From positions 22,208,464 to 22,272,463 of the forward strand of contig NC_043011.1 of the NCBI RefSeq assembly GCF_006345805.1: DNA of 64,000 nt, read 5' to 3'. Below are positions 37,412 through 50,880 of the stretch, one piece after another. The notes under the pieces are model-generated. The model saw only the letters and a list, made by a program, of their open reading frames with translations, was not told where the DNA came from and did not search any database. Position numbers and translations under genes: made by a program. How positions within the stretch are numbered: the stretch's first letter is position 1; every line of letters starts with the position of its first letter. Origin of the DNA: Octopus sinensis. Its lineage: Eukaryota.

Positions 37412-39618
37412 TTAATGTGATATAATTTGAAAGAAGAAATATGTTGAGTTTTTGCTCTCTACATGTTTCTTAGTTTATCTGATTTTTTGTAGGGTTAATA
37501 ATACAGTCAACGATTTTGTTGAGTTGTGGAAAGAAAACTCTTGACACATGACTAGATAATGAGAGTTGATTTGGTGGGGCAGCTGAAATTTCCATCACAT
37601 ATTATCCATCTCCATTAGGACCAAGTTTATTTTTGGTTTCTGCAGCCTCTAGAAAGCTCCAATAAAATGAGTTAAATGTGCTTTGAGAGGTGAGGGTAGA
37701 TGAGTTGCAACAGAAGAAGACGGCAAAGTACAGGAGTTGGTTGAAGACTGCTGCAGAAATAAGTGGAGAGCTGCCAGTGGAGGTGGGCAGTCAAGAGTTC
37801 ATAGATTGTTACCTTACAAAGGCCTATGGAATCCTGTGTATTATAGGAGCCATCAAGAACAATGTGGAGCTGCAGAGAAACTACCTAGATGCTTCTGACT
37901 AAAAAGAGGTGGGTGACCATTAGGGTCAGTTGACATGAGCACAAGTTGTGGCTTGATTGATCAAAGGTTGCCTGGATTGACAGTATGTGTTGCAAGACCC
38001 AAAACACTGAATGAAATCAGGAGACAAACACCAACAATGTATCCAGCTCAGGGCTGGCCAGTCTGAGGCCCATGGGCTGCATGCAGCCCATAGACTTTTA
38101 TCTTATGGCCTGCTTGATACTTTCTTGAAGTATTGTGTTTAATTTCAAAATAAAATTGTTTGTGTAAAACATTTGTTTCAAAATAAATTTAAAATTTATA
38201 AGTGGCAATAAAGCAGTTGCCTACAATTTTATAATTTAAACAAAGGAAAAGTATGAAGAATTCTTGATTCTGTAATTTGATTATTTGACTATTAGTAGTG
38301 CATAAAGTATACAAGTGGCCCTCAAAAAACTTTCTGTGATTAAAATGGACTGCGATGTAATTTGAGTTTACCAGGCCAGATCTAGCTATTGCCGGGACAA
38401 CTGACAAACCATAATTATGATTATTACAAGAAATCATTCTGCAGTTAGCTATGCCTGTTCATTGTACTGATTTAACCCATTATCATTTAAACCAGCCATA
38501 TCTGGCTCAAATATTCTACCTGTTTTATGTTCAAACTAGTCAGATCCAGCCTCTCATACCTACTCTACAATGTCATTTAAAAAAATAATTAGTCACATCA
38601 TTGAAACCACAAAGGTGTGAAATAATGCATTGTTAATTCAAAACAATGTGAATAAAAAAGCACTACATTTGACAGAGTAATCTTAATGCTAAAGGGTTAA
38701 TGCTATGAGGACTTGCTCAATAAGAGAATTAAGTATTTTGATAATGAAGACAGTGCTGTGTGTGTGATGTAATATGATCTGTTGACCACTTTGAGTGGTA
38801 GTTTGAAACACTCAGGTGTGGCTTTTTAAAGTTTTTAATCCAGACCTCTAAAATATGTTGCTAATGATTATTAGATTTTGATTGTAATAGCATAGCAAAA
38901 TAGATTCATCTTAAAGGCTTTAAAACAACTGTACTTATAGTATTTATTTTTTTGCATTACAAATTGCTGAATAGCTCTCTCTAATAAACATTTTTTTTTC
39001 CTCTCTGTTTTGTTGCGTGCATTATATTTGTAACTCCTGGTGCTTGTCTGTGTCTCTTTCCCCTCATATTGAAAAATAAGTATGCTATATAAAACTTCTG
39101 AATAAAAATAGGCACAGGTGTGGCTGTGTGATAAGAAGTTTACCTCTCAACCACATGGCACCTTGGACAAGTGCCTTCTACTGTAGCCTCAGGCTGACTA
39201 AGCCCTTGTGAGTGGATTTGGTAGGTGGAAACAGAAAGAAGCACATTGTGTGTGTGTGTGTCTTTGTGTTTGTCTTTGTCCCTCACCACCACTTGACAAT
39301 CGGTGTTGGTGTATGAATGCCGCTGTAACTTAGTGGTTTGTCAAAAGAGACCAAGAGAATAAGTACTAGACTTAAAAAGAAAATAATAAGTACTGGGGTC
39401 GATTAGTTCAGCTAAAATTCCTTGAGGCAGTGCCCCAGCATGGCCGCAGTCTAAAGACTGAAATAAGTAAAAGATAAATATTAATAATCTCATTTTAACC
39501 AAAAGTTATATTGTTGCGCAAATAAATTATAGAATCTGCTAATGTATATATGTCCTGATTTTCCTTACTTAACCTCTGTACTGAGTTTTAAAATTATTGT
39601 CTCATTTGTATTATGAGA

Positions 39619-40131
39619 CTAGCAGTATCGCCCGGCGTTGCTCGGGTTAGTAAGGGAAATAACTATATAAGCATTTTTAGAGAGTTACTTCCCTTATAGA
39701 TGCCAATTTGGGCTTTCTTAGCCATTTCTGTTTTGGTGTCTTCAAGCCATGAAGTCGTTGTTCTAAAAGAACGCTGGTCTCCTTGACAACGCTTTACGAC
39801 GTTGATTTCCTTACACTCCCTTCCCCACAGCTTCACGAGGGAGGGAAGAAGGGGGAGAAGCAAACAGGTGCAGGTGTGACCATGGACGCCAACTCCGCCG
39901 CCATCGACACACGAAAAATTATGCATTAAAATGGAATAAAAAATGATGTTAAATTATTTTTTAAATCGTAGACTCATCGTAGACGCGTGCTAATACTCAG
40001 ACGGGCTCGATATGAATCACGACTATAAGATACCTGAATTTGGTTAAACTGCACCGCAAAATGTGGGAGTAGTTAGGAATCTAAATCGAAGGGGACAGAC
40101 ACTCACACAACTACAGTTTTATATATATAGA
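39619..40131 (-). mobile_element. Non-autonomous Helitron (513 bp), inverted copy of 31266-31778
   Basis: Same A|TC and CTAG|T termini and the same length; about 98% identical; the two 87-aa ORFs differ at only 2 residues. Confidence 0.9.
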
Positions 40132-43100
40132 TATGACACCATCTAAAAATAATTATATTTCTGTGGGTTTCTTTTTGCCAACATACTATGACAGGATGTG
40201 TAGGGAGCAATGAATATGGTAGTTGAATTGACTTAGTTGTCTGCTACATTAGTTATTTCTACTATCTTCCTACTTGTGCAATTCGGAATGTATAAAATCT
40301 ATGCTACACTGTCAGATTGTTTTTCATTATCTAAGTACAGGTGATTTTGTTTCTAGCAGAAATTAAAAATGCAGAAACTGGTGTAATTATACAGGCAAGC
40401 TGTTATAATCAGATTAAAACTAGAATAATGATCTTCATTCATAATTGGTATAAACATGAATATATTCTTGGATGTTTACTTATAAATGTACATGTTTATG
40501 TTTGAATGATCCGGCTTTATTAATAAACTAGTTTAAAAATCTACACTCAGTACAGACTTTTAAGCTAGTTTGTGCTGAGGGCTGATTGGGTCGGTGGCCC
40601 AAAACTAAACAGAGCTAAATAGCATGATTATAATATGACTATATGCCCCAGTGATGTTTGATCAGAGGCTAAGAATAGATGAGAATTAATTCTGTAATGC
40701 AATCACTCTATTGTTCCAGTCCCAAGTTGAATTCCAACTGTTGGCCAATTTGTCCCAAAGTTCTTATCTTGACGTAAAATTAATGAAGCAAATGTCATTT
40801 ATCTCCTCCTCAATCTCTGATGTCATCTGACAAACACCAACCAAGATGGCGTGAATCAGCGAAGCTTTACCTGTTAGAAATAGCAACCCAAATGCTTTTA
40901 AATCAGATCCCAATGCTGGATGTTCTAAAATCAAATGAAGGGCAGATTTTCAATCCCAGTATCATCCTGATTCCAAAAAAATATAATATGTTTATGTACA
41001 GCAGATGTAGACTGAGATACAGGGGTCCCAGACAGACAGAATTTTGTGTTTATTATTATAGATTGTTTATTAGTGCGAGTGGGACTGTGTGGTTTATAAA
41101 GCTATGTCTGTTATATGAGGGGTGTACCCAAAAGAAACTGGAATTTTGCATGCAATATTATTTTATTCACTTAGTTTTACATGTTTACACTTTAATTGCT
41201 TTCAAAGTATTCTCCATTTGAAGCAATGGATCAGTCCAGGCATGTTTTCCACTGTTGGAAGCAGTGCTGGAACTCTTGTGGATTTATGCCTTTTAATACC
41301 TCTGTCATTTTATTTGTTTCAATCAAGTCTGGTACTTATTCTATTGAGTTTTTTTTGCCAAACCACTAAATTATGTGGATATAGACACAGCAGCACCAGT
41401 TGTTGAGCATTGGTGAGGGAGACACAAAGACACACACACACACACACACACAGCGGGCTTCTTTCAGTTTCTATCTCCCAAATCCACTCACAAGGTTTTG
41501 GTCAGTTCAAGACTATAGTAGAAGACACTTGCCCAAGGTGTCACTCAGTGGGACTGAACTCAGAACCATGTGGTTGAGAAGCAAACTTCTTGCCACACGG
41601 CCATCCTACACCTATATAAATTATTAAAAAAAATATTGTTTGTAATAATTTCATAAAATTAATCGATGATTGTTCTGTGAGAGTCAACTCACGACCACCA
41701 GTCAATTTACACAAGTTGTAAGAGTTTCAAATCGAGATTATAAATAGTAAGGATACTAGGATAATGAAAAAGGATATGACTTTCACTGAGATTGCATTTA
41801 CTCTAAAAGTATTCTCTGAAAATTAATTATGCACACGCGTGTGTGTGTGTGTGTGTGTGTATAGGTGCAGGCATAGCCATGTAGTTAAGAAGCTCACTTT
41901 GCAACCATGTGCTTTTGGGTTCAGTCAGCATCTTGGACAAGTGTCTTCAACTACAGATGTAGGTCAACTAATGCTTGGGAGGAAATTTGATAGAAGCTAT
42001 GTGAAAGCCCATTCTGTGTGTGTGTGTATGTTTGTCTATATCTGGGAACAGCTACCTTACCAGGTGAGGGTTGGCAACAGAAAGGGCATCAGGCTGTAAA
42101 AATTACATGTGCATGTATGTGTGTCTCTTTGTGTTTGTCCCCCCTCCCCCCATCCATTGCTTGATAACTGGCATTCCTTTGTTTATATCTCTGAAACTTA
42201 GCTGAAGAGACCAGAAAGACCAAACTTTATGAAAATAGGTACTGGGGTTGATTTGTTTGACTAAACCCATAGGCAGTGTGCCAGCTTGGATGCAGTTGTC
42301 TGATAGCTGAAACAAATAATAAATAAATAAAGATAGATAGAGTATCAATTTGGCAAAACCATTAGAGCATCAGATAAAATGCCTTGCAATGTTTGTTTTG
42401 GGTCTCTGTGCTCTGAATTTGAATTCTACATAAGTTAACTTTGCTTTTCTTTCTTTCAGTGGACCAATGCATTTGATAAAAAAATGTACTGGCCCATTGT
42501 GATGGATTGGTAGACAGCTAAAGTGCCGAACAAGATTCCTTGTATCTATTTCACCTTTGTGCATTCTAAGTTCAAATCCTGCTTCCTGTCACTGGTAAAA
42601 GAACCATGCTTTTGCTATCTGACAAGAATAGCGATATGCTTGGAAAATTTTTAAGCAAGTGCTCAGGTCTTGCAGCTGATCACTGTATATATCAGCTCAC
42701 CAGCTGTCATGAGAGAAGATAAGGGGACTTTAATTTCTGTCTACCCGAAGAAGAAGGAAAATTCTATATTTTTATATTTAATATATTATATATAAACATG
42801 GAGCAGTCTTATACAGTACTTGAAGTTTCCTGGCAAGTCACAACTATGATGTTATCTGATTTCTGATTGGTAATCAATGCACAAGCCACCATTCATGAAA
42901 TTGGTTATTTTACTGTAATGGCTTCACACAATAACTGATGAACAGTAGCATGTGCATTGATTATTGATTGGAAATTGGATAACTTCATATTTGTGGCTTG
43001 TTGGGGAAACTCTGAGTACTGTATGAGTGTTTGCATAGTAATTAAATATAGTCCTCTATTTCAACGATACTGAGGTCTATTTATTTTGTTGTTACATACA

Positions 43101-43292
43101 TGGTTAATTGTTATATATGTGAGACCAACATCTACATCTGTTTAGAAATGCTAGTCTACCACTGTTGGATTTCTTACGTTGTGTGAGAGAGCTATATGTC
43201 AGTTAAATTTAAATACAAGTAATTTTTCTTTCAGAGAGAGAGAGAGAGAAAGAATTTTTTAATACTAACTGTTATTTTTTTCCTTTTCATAG

Positions 43293-43348
43293 GATTCCGC
43301 TATGAGCTGTATTGTGTTGCTAAGTCAAGTTCCACACCTCACTGTGTG
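43293..43348 (+). CDS. KTI12: KTI12 coding exon 4
   Basis: Acceptor ttttcatag|, translates (G)FRYELYCVAKSSSTPHCV, the canonical GFRYELYC motif; donor GTG|gtgagt. Confidence 0.96.
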
Positions 43349-43888
43349 GTGAGTATTTTAAATTATTATTTTCCTTTATGCTAGAGAATTGAAGGGTGTT
43401 GTCAGATTATTGTAATAATTGGAAGGATTGCAGAATAAATTTAGTTATTTTAATGTAAGTTAGTCATTTGTGGATTCATGTTGTACAGGATGTTAAGAGT
43501 AGAATTTCTTGTTGGAACCACTTCAGTGTAAGTTATTGTCTCTGTATTTTAATAACTACATCATAAAGTACATTTTGTGAAAAAAATACCATGCCTGTGT
43601 AGTTGTTAATTAATCAATTAGCAATAAGTAAAATACAGATACACTCAAGAAAAAAAGATGATAGGAAGAAAGATGTTGGTAATAAATTGAAGGCAATTAG
43701 TGATAAACATGGACATACAAACATCATAAGGTAAAATACATGTGTTTCTATGATTATTTTGCTGCTTAGTTATTATGAAATTTAATGGTAAACTGAGTTA
43801 CTTCTTTCAGAAGCAATATACCCAGTTATGCACAAATTTCATCTAACACATGTAGGAACAAAGTTGACTACTCCCTTTTGTTCTGCAT

Positions 43889-44218
43889 AAAAAAAAAGAC
43901 TCCGCCGGTTACGACGACGAGGGTCCCAGCTGATACGATCAACGGAACAGCTTGCTCGTGAAATTAACGTGCAAATGGCTGAGCATTCCACAGACACGTG
44001 TACCCTTAACGTAGTTCTCGGGGATAATCAGCGTGACACAGAGAGTGACAAAGCTGACCCTTTGAAATACAAGTACAACTCATTTTTGCCAGCTGAGTGG
44101 ACTGGAGCAACGTGAAATAAAGTGTCTTGCTCAAGGACACAACGCGTCGCTGGGAATCGAACTCACAACCTTACTATCATGAGCCGAATGCCCTAACCAC
44201 TAAGCCACGCGCCCTCAC
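43889..44218 (-). mobile_element. tRNA-derived SINE (family C), young full-length copy
   Basis: Head GTGAGGGCGCGTGGCTTAGTGGTTAGGGC..GAGTTCGATTCCC (A and B boxes), CpG-rich, T-run tail; 3' half shared with 51900-52225. Confidence 0.85.
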
Positions 44219-44920
44219 TTTGTTCTGCATACAAATTAGATTATTGAGTGATTATATCAATCGAAACTCAAGGGAAAAAGTTGAAAAAATACTCAACAGG
44301 TTTCACATCAAATCTTAAATGTATTTGGGGGTCAATCACACCTGCAAAAGGTTTAGTGTCTGACCATTCTTGGGATAGTATTTTGTTCAATTCACAATGA
44401 TGAAAAATTTGAACTGATCAAAGTCAAACAGATCACTTGTGTGCATATAAGAAATAGATAACCACTCTGATTATCATATCCAAAGCCTTATCTGCCATTA
44501 ATTCATCAATTAAGTCATCAAACATGCTATCACTCTAAGAATTATTAGCGGTCATTTTGCAAAAAAAAAAAAAAAAAACTCTGTAAAAATGGCAACATGT
44601 AAAAATGGCAACATTCAGCAACATGTAGCTTAATGTTAATAATGAACATTACAGAATGTAATAAATGATAATGGAATGGGTTAAAGTTAAAAAAAAATTT
44701 TTTTTTAAAGGCAGGTATAATTCATGCACTTCACTCCATCAGTATTGCAGAACACTTCAGTGAGTTAACTTGGGAAATCCAAGTGACACTATAACCATTA
44801 TATAAGTTGAGTGCCCCTTGTTGAGTAATTATTACATCAGAGGATCAGCTAGCTTAGAAACATATGTAGCCTGGGTTTTACCTGTTTCACTTCCTCAATT
44901 TGGATATATATATATATATA

Positions 44921-45578
44921 TCATCATCATCATTTAACGTCCGCTTTCCATGCTAGCATGGGTTGGACGGTTCAACTGGGGTCTGGCAAGCCCGAAGGCT
45001 GCACCAGGCCAGTCAGATCTGGCAGTGTTTCTACAGCTGGATGCCCTTCCTAACGCCAACCACTCCGAGAGTGTAGTGGGTGATTTTATGTGCCACCGAC
45101 ACAGGTGCCAGACGAGGCTGGCAGACGGCCACGCTCGGATGGTGTTTTTTATGTGCCACCGACACAGGTGCCAGACGAGGCTGGCTGACGGCCACGCTCG
45201 GATGGTGTTTTCTTATGTGTCACCGACACAGGTGCCAGACGGGGCTGGCGGACGGCCACGCTCGGATGGTGTTTGTTATGTGCCCTCAGCACGGAGGCCA
45301 GTCGTTGCGGTACTGGCTACGATCACGTTCGGATGGTTTTCTTATGTGCCACCGGCACTGGTACCACAAGGATACAAATTCCATTGATGTTCATCTATTT
45401 TGATTTGGTTCGATTTGATTTGATTTGATTCGATTCGATTCTCACTTGCCTCAACAGGTCTTCACAAGTGTCACAAGAAGGAAGGTATGCACAGGTGGAC
45501 TGACTACGTCCCAGGTAGGGGCCACGGATTATGGCTTCACTAGTCTTGCCGGGTCTTCTCACGTACAGCATACTTCCA
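44921..45578 (-). mobile_element. RTE LINE 3' end: ORF terminus plus 3'UTR with pentamer microsatellite, about 63-bp tandem units and (GAT)n tail
   Basis: Minus strand begins (W)KYAVREKTRQD*, homologous to the ORF end of the RTE at about 58150, followed by (GAATC/CAAAT)n, about 5 units and the conserved tail. Confidence 0.8.
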
Positions 45579-46859
45579 TATATATATATATACATACAGA
45601 GAGAGAGAGAGAGAGAGAGAGAAGCAAAATACTCATTTTTGTCTAGTTTCTAACACAGTCTGTTGCTTTTAAAAAAAATTATGTTACTTTTAGTAAAATA
45701 GATTTAGCAATCCTGATTTCTAGCAGGTTATGTAGCGATGTAGTGGACCCTCTCTGCTATCATACCAGCCATTGTTTCATATAGTAGCCATTTCTTTCAG
45801 GCAGGTACATTTTTTTTACCTTCTCAACACTACATTTCATTTGCTCAATTACCATATACCAATGAAATACTTTTGAACTCCAGGCTGCTATTTGATGCAA
45901 TGTGTAATGAAATTACCTGTTTGACTGACTCAGGTTTACTATAGTTACTTATTTTATTGACCTAAAATGAAAGACTAATTCATTTAGTATCAGCAAGATG
46001 TGAATTTGGATCCGTTACAAGTATCAACTCCATTGCTTTGCATCTCAGAGCTCAACCATACAACTCCTTTATTGTAATTTGCGATTCCAAAAATAGAAAA
46101 GCTTAAGATGTGCTGTCACTTGCCTGCATTGAACTCAAATGAAAATTGGTTTACTTTTACCTGATTGTAGCTAATGATAACAACAGTATTGTATTATTTA
46201 CTGGTAATTTGGTACTGAAATGATACTACACATTTGTGTATCTGTGCCTGGGATGAGGACAGATGAATCTAGTTAAAGTCAATACCCATAGCTCATGAAA
46301 CCATGTTAAAACAAGTATGAATGAAAATGCTAATGGGTGGGGGTGGTGATGGCTATTTCTATAATTTATAATATTCATAATTACCTGTCAGTCGGGACAA
46401 AAGTGTCATCTTCCTTATAAGCAGAATAATTCATATCTAATGTTAGCCATTGAACCTATGATATGTACATGCATGTGTTATGCTTATGATTTTAATGTAT
46501 ATTTTTTCCATGTTGGTATGGGTCAGGTAAAACTTGTTGAGGCAGTTTTCTGTAGTTTGATGCTCTTCCTGTCACTAGCCCTTTGTGTTTTTTTTTTCAA
46601 GATGAACCTACAATAGCTGGGCATATTTTTTGTCACTGTCATAAACATTGATGCCCTGTATATAGTGTTGCTGGTTTATGCATTTAGCATGTAAACAGTG
46701 AAAAGGGTTACGTGTGCATGCACACACACACATTACTTATATGTGTATATATATGTATATATATGATAGGCTTTTGTGCAGTTTGCATCTACCAGTTCCA
46801 TCACAAAGCATTAGTCAGTCTATGTAATAGAATTCACTTGCCTGAGGTTTCAGTGCATG

Positions 46860-47240
46860 GTACCTTGGGCAAATAGTTGGGTTGGATTGGGTAGGGGTGG
46901 GGTTATGAGGGAGGGGTTACAATGAAGGGAGAGGGTTAAGGGAGGTGGGTAGGAGTGAAGAGAAGTGAGAAGGAAAGTAGGACTGAAGAGTTGGAGCAAG
47001 AGAGGAGAGGTGGGTGGGAGGAAGTAAGTGTGAGAGGAGAGGGGAGGGGAGCGAAGAGAGAAGATTAATCCTTGTTCATGGTGAAAACGGGAGTCTGGAT
47101 GGCCCCTGTGCAAGGACAATCTGAACACAGGTAGAGCAGAAATGGCGTGAGACCGGGGTGTCATTGCCGAGTCGGATGTCTCGGAGGTATTCCGCGAACT
47201 GGTCAGCCAAGGAGCGTCCCTTTTGCCCGATGTTTTAATT
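46860..47240 (-). mobile_element. Penelope-like element, GIY-YIG endonuclease remnant
   Basis: Minus frame IGQKGRSLADQFAEYLRDIRLGNDTPVSRHF, then shifted frame SRFHHEQGLIFSL, matching the PLE motif YIGxTxRxLxxRxxEH..PVAxHF..EQxLIF. Confidence 0.75.
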
Positions 47241-48329
47241 AAGCTTAAATGATAGAGGAATTTCATGGTATCAATCTCATGCAATAAAGTTTTAGAAGAA
47301 AAAGTTATCAGTGTTTGTTTCTCATATTTGATGATGTTAATATAGTTCTATACTGTTTTATGAATATAGTTCTATAAGGGGACTTTTAATATATGTCACC
47401 GGCATCATTGAGGTAAGGAAAAAATTATCAATGACACCACTAATTTGCAATTAGTTTAATTACGTCATCATTATTAATTAATTAATGCAATTATATCATA
47501 AAAATGAAAAGAATAAAAATATTTAGAAATTTTGGCAATAGCCTAGCCATTTTGACAATCTTTTGTTTTAGCTTGAAGATGTGTGTGCACAGCTCAGCTG
47601 TTACCTTATGGCGTTTGGTAAATTCTGTAAAAAATTTGTATTTATTTATTTTTGTGAGTGGAAATTTACATTTTGTTTGAAGTTAGCATAAAGTGAAAGA
47701 GAGAGGAAATGGATATGTGTATATGTTGATTGGGGGTGTGAGACAGAAAGTGTCTATATGTGAGAGAGAGTGACAGCTTACATCTTTTGTTTATTTTTTC
47801 TTACATCTTTTTTCAGTGAATGTGAGAGTGATTGACTGAGAGAGAGAGAGAAGGTCTGTGAGAAAGATAGAGAGAGAGAGAGAGAGAGATAGCATAAACT
47901 TTACTTAGCTACTTATACATACATGCAAAAAAAAATTGCCATGAGAACACACGCTTTCACTCAGTGACTGACTTTTTCTCTCCCTCACATGCACACATAT
48001 AAAAACATGTATGCATATCTATTTATGCATGTAGGTGTATATGATAGATAATGGGTGTACGTATGTGTATGTGTTTGTGTTTGTGTGTGTGTGTGTGTAC
48101 GTGACTGACCCTAGCCATTTTACACATACATGACAACACCTCTCTTTCTCTCTTTCAGTCAATCTAAAAAAAAGATGCAAGAAAAATTGAATAAATAAAA
48201 AATTTACACTCTCACTCTCATTCACACACACGGAGCAAGACACACCTCTCTCAGTCAAACATGTACTAAAAAACATATGAGTAAAAGTAAATAAAATTTA
48301 TGCTATCACTATCTCTCTCTCTCTATCTG

Positions 48330-48363
<34 letters not shown>

Positions 48364-48517
48364 CAACATACTTTCTCTTTCTCTCTCTCTGACAACACAC
48401 CTCTCTCTCAGTCAATCACTCACACACTTAACTCAAAAAAGATGCGAGGAGAAATAAATAAAAAATGCATGCTGTCACTCTCTCCCTCTTACACGCACAC
48501 ACAACAACAACACACAC

Positions 48518-48606
<89 letters not shown>

Positions 48607-48700
48607 AAATTTATTATTTAATTTTCAATAAGGTAAAATCTTAAATTATTAATTGACACATTATTATGTAGCATTATAGTATAGCCTAGAAAAACCATGG

Positions 48701-49430
48701 ATTTACATGGAAAAATGTGAGCAAGAGAAATAATATTCCTAAGATTATAAATCTGGAAAAGTACAGGAAAAGTTATTACACTTGGAAAAGTTCAGGACAA
48801 ATTATTATATCTGGTAAAGTACAGAACAAGAAAACTTTTGCTTAAAATTTTGCAGCAAAGGATAAAATTTGAATATTAAAAATGATTTGATTTAAATTAA
48901 CAAAGTAACATTGTAATTAAAAAAGGTACCATCATTTTATTAAAATATTGACACACTAATATACTTAAAAAATGAGAGCCAGAAGTACCAATATGGTTAA
49001 AGTTTTATGCAAAGTAGAATAGTATATATGGTAGGCAAATTCATTATGTAAAAAATAAGCATTGGGTCAAGACTAAAAATGTGAAGACTTGGCAATAACT
49101 TAGGCAATAACTCAAGCAAATTAAGTGCAAAAAATATTTTGAGTTATTTTAAATTTTTAATAGAAGTAACAAGTAATAACAAATAAAAGTAATAACTTGT
49201 AATAAAATTTTTAGCTTTAATAAAAGCTAATATTTTCTAAATCTAAATATTTAATTTAAAATTTTATCCTCAGCTGCAATATTTTAAGTAAAAATTTTCT
49301 TCTTCGTGTACTTTACCAGATGTAATAACTTGTCCTGAACTTTACCAAGTGTAATAACTTGTCTTGTACTTTTCCAGGTTTATAATATTAAGGATATTAT
49401 TTCTCTTGTTTGCATTTTTCTATGTAATAT
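48701..49430. mobile_element. Foldback-type element with about 170-bp TIRs containing 29-bp subrepeats
   Basis: 48701-48870 is the reverse complement of 49261-49430 at roughly 80-85% identity; subrepeats start at 48753, 48782 and 48811. Confidence 0.7.
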
Positions 49431-49546
49431 ATATATATGTGTAAATGTGCATGTGTCTGTAATTCTATTTTCTATGTCTCTTTCTAAATAAACATACACA
49501 AATACATATACACTCACTCAAATATATAAATATATTTTACTCAAAT

Positions 49547-49587
<41 letters not shown>

Positions 49588-50045
49588 TTCACATTTCTCC
49601 CTTTTACATGCACACACTGAGCTGAAGTGCTGTTTGATTTTTGTTTCACCGTTGACTTTTTACCATCCCACTTCCATCAGTGGATCACCCCTTCCTTTCT
49701 CTTTCATATGCTGTGATGGAGAAATATACAAGAGTATTATTATAGTAGATGCTCTCTTTGCCACTTCCTCTCTCCCATTGCTATTACTTTCTCTCACTCT
49801 CTTTCAGTCATCGCTGTTACTCTCACTACTTTTCCTTCACTGAATTACTATTTTCTCTCCTCTCCCTTCACCAGTCACTCCTACTGTGTGATTTGGACAA
49901 ATATATATATATATATAAACACTATGGTCATTATTATATTAGGAGATTAAAGACTAATATGAAATTTCCTGGTTGTTAGTTTGATTTAACAGTTTCCATT
50001 TGTACTGTGGACTCATTTCTTAATTATTGATATTTTTTAATGTAG

Positions 50046-50125
50046 GTGTACTGTGCAGCTAACCTGCAACAGTGCAGTGAATGGAACAAGAATAGGCTAG
50101 AATCGGAACAGTATTCTGAAGATAT
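50046..50125 (+). CDS. KTI12: KTI12 coding exon 5
   Basis: Acceptor ttttttaatgtag|, translates VYCAANLQQCSEWNKNRLESEQYSED(I) with the WNxxR motif; donor AT|gtaagt. Confidence 0.93.
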
Positions 50126-50459
50126 GTAAGTGATGTGATTAATATTCTTAGTAATTTGTTGAGAAATATACTGGCATTATGTCCTAATGGTTGATAAGGC
50201 ACAAATGTTAATTGCTATCATAAATTATGGAATCTTTTCACTTTGACCAGCAGATTTTTATAATAATTTCTTTGTAACTAAGCACTTTTAAACTTCATAT
50301 ACTGGTAGAATGTGTTACATAAAACATTTTTTTCTCTTGGCTTTCTTGAGAAAATTCTGTAGTTTGTAAGCTATTTCTTGTTAAATTTCTTGCATTTCGG
50401 CAATTTCAACCAATCAATGACATTTATTGAGGTGAATACAATTTCTGCGGTTCTTTGTC

Positions 50460-50880
50460 AACAACAATTTATTGCGATGTCCACCATTGCTAATTTGGTC
50501 ACGTAGGTAACAGAAATTATCTACAACCTCAAGAGAGCCTCCTGGGCATTTGAGAGAATCTAAGTCCCACGTGCTCTTAGTGCTTATTGTTCTTGCACAT
50601 CTTCCACATACGAAGACGACTTTATCTGTTAATTTACTTGTGATTCCACTGCACCTCTTATGTGTCCATAGCTTACACTGGGTGCAGCGAATGGACTTAC
50701 TTCCAACTCCTTTCCTACATATTGAGCATAGCCATTTATCTGATGGAAAGAGAGTCTTATCTTCTTTCTTACTAACAACAACTTTGGTCTTTGTTAGGTT
50801 AACTTAAGGCCTTTTGATTCCAGGTTTTGCTTCCATACCTGGAATTTCTTCTCCAATTCTGCTAAAGTTTCAGATAGATT
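50460..50880 (-). mobile_element. Degenerate RTE LINE internal fragment
   Basis: Minus-strand remnants DKVVFVCGRCARTISTK and DQISNGG resemble the RTE segment after the RT domain. Confidence 0.5.

Noticed and set aside
40820-41406. 133-aa and 94-aa ORFs as a nested gene
   Set aside because: No recognisable domain; they overlap a mariner-like terminal fragment starting near 41113.
43889-44218. tRNA gene
   Set aside because: A and B boxes are present, but the head runs into a SINE body and no full cloverleaf could be formed.
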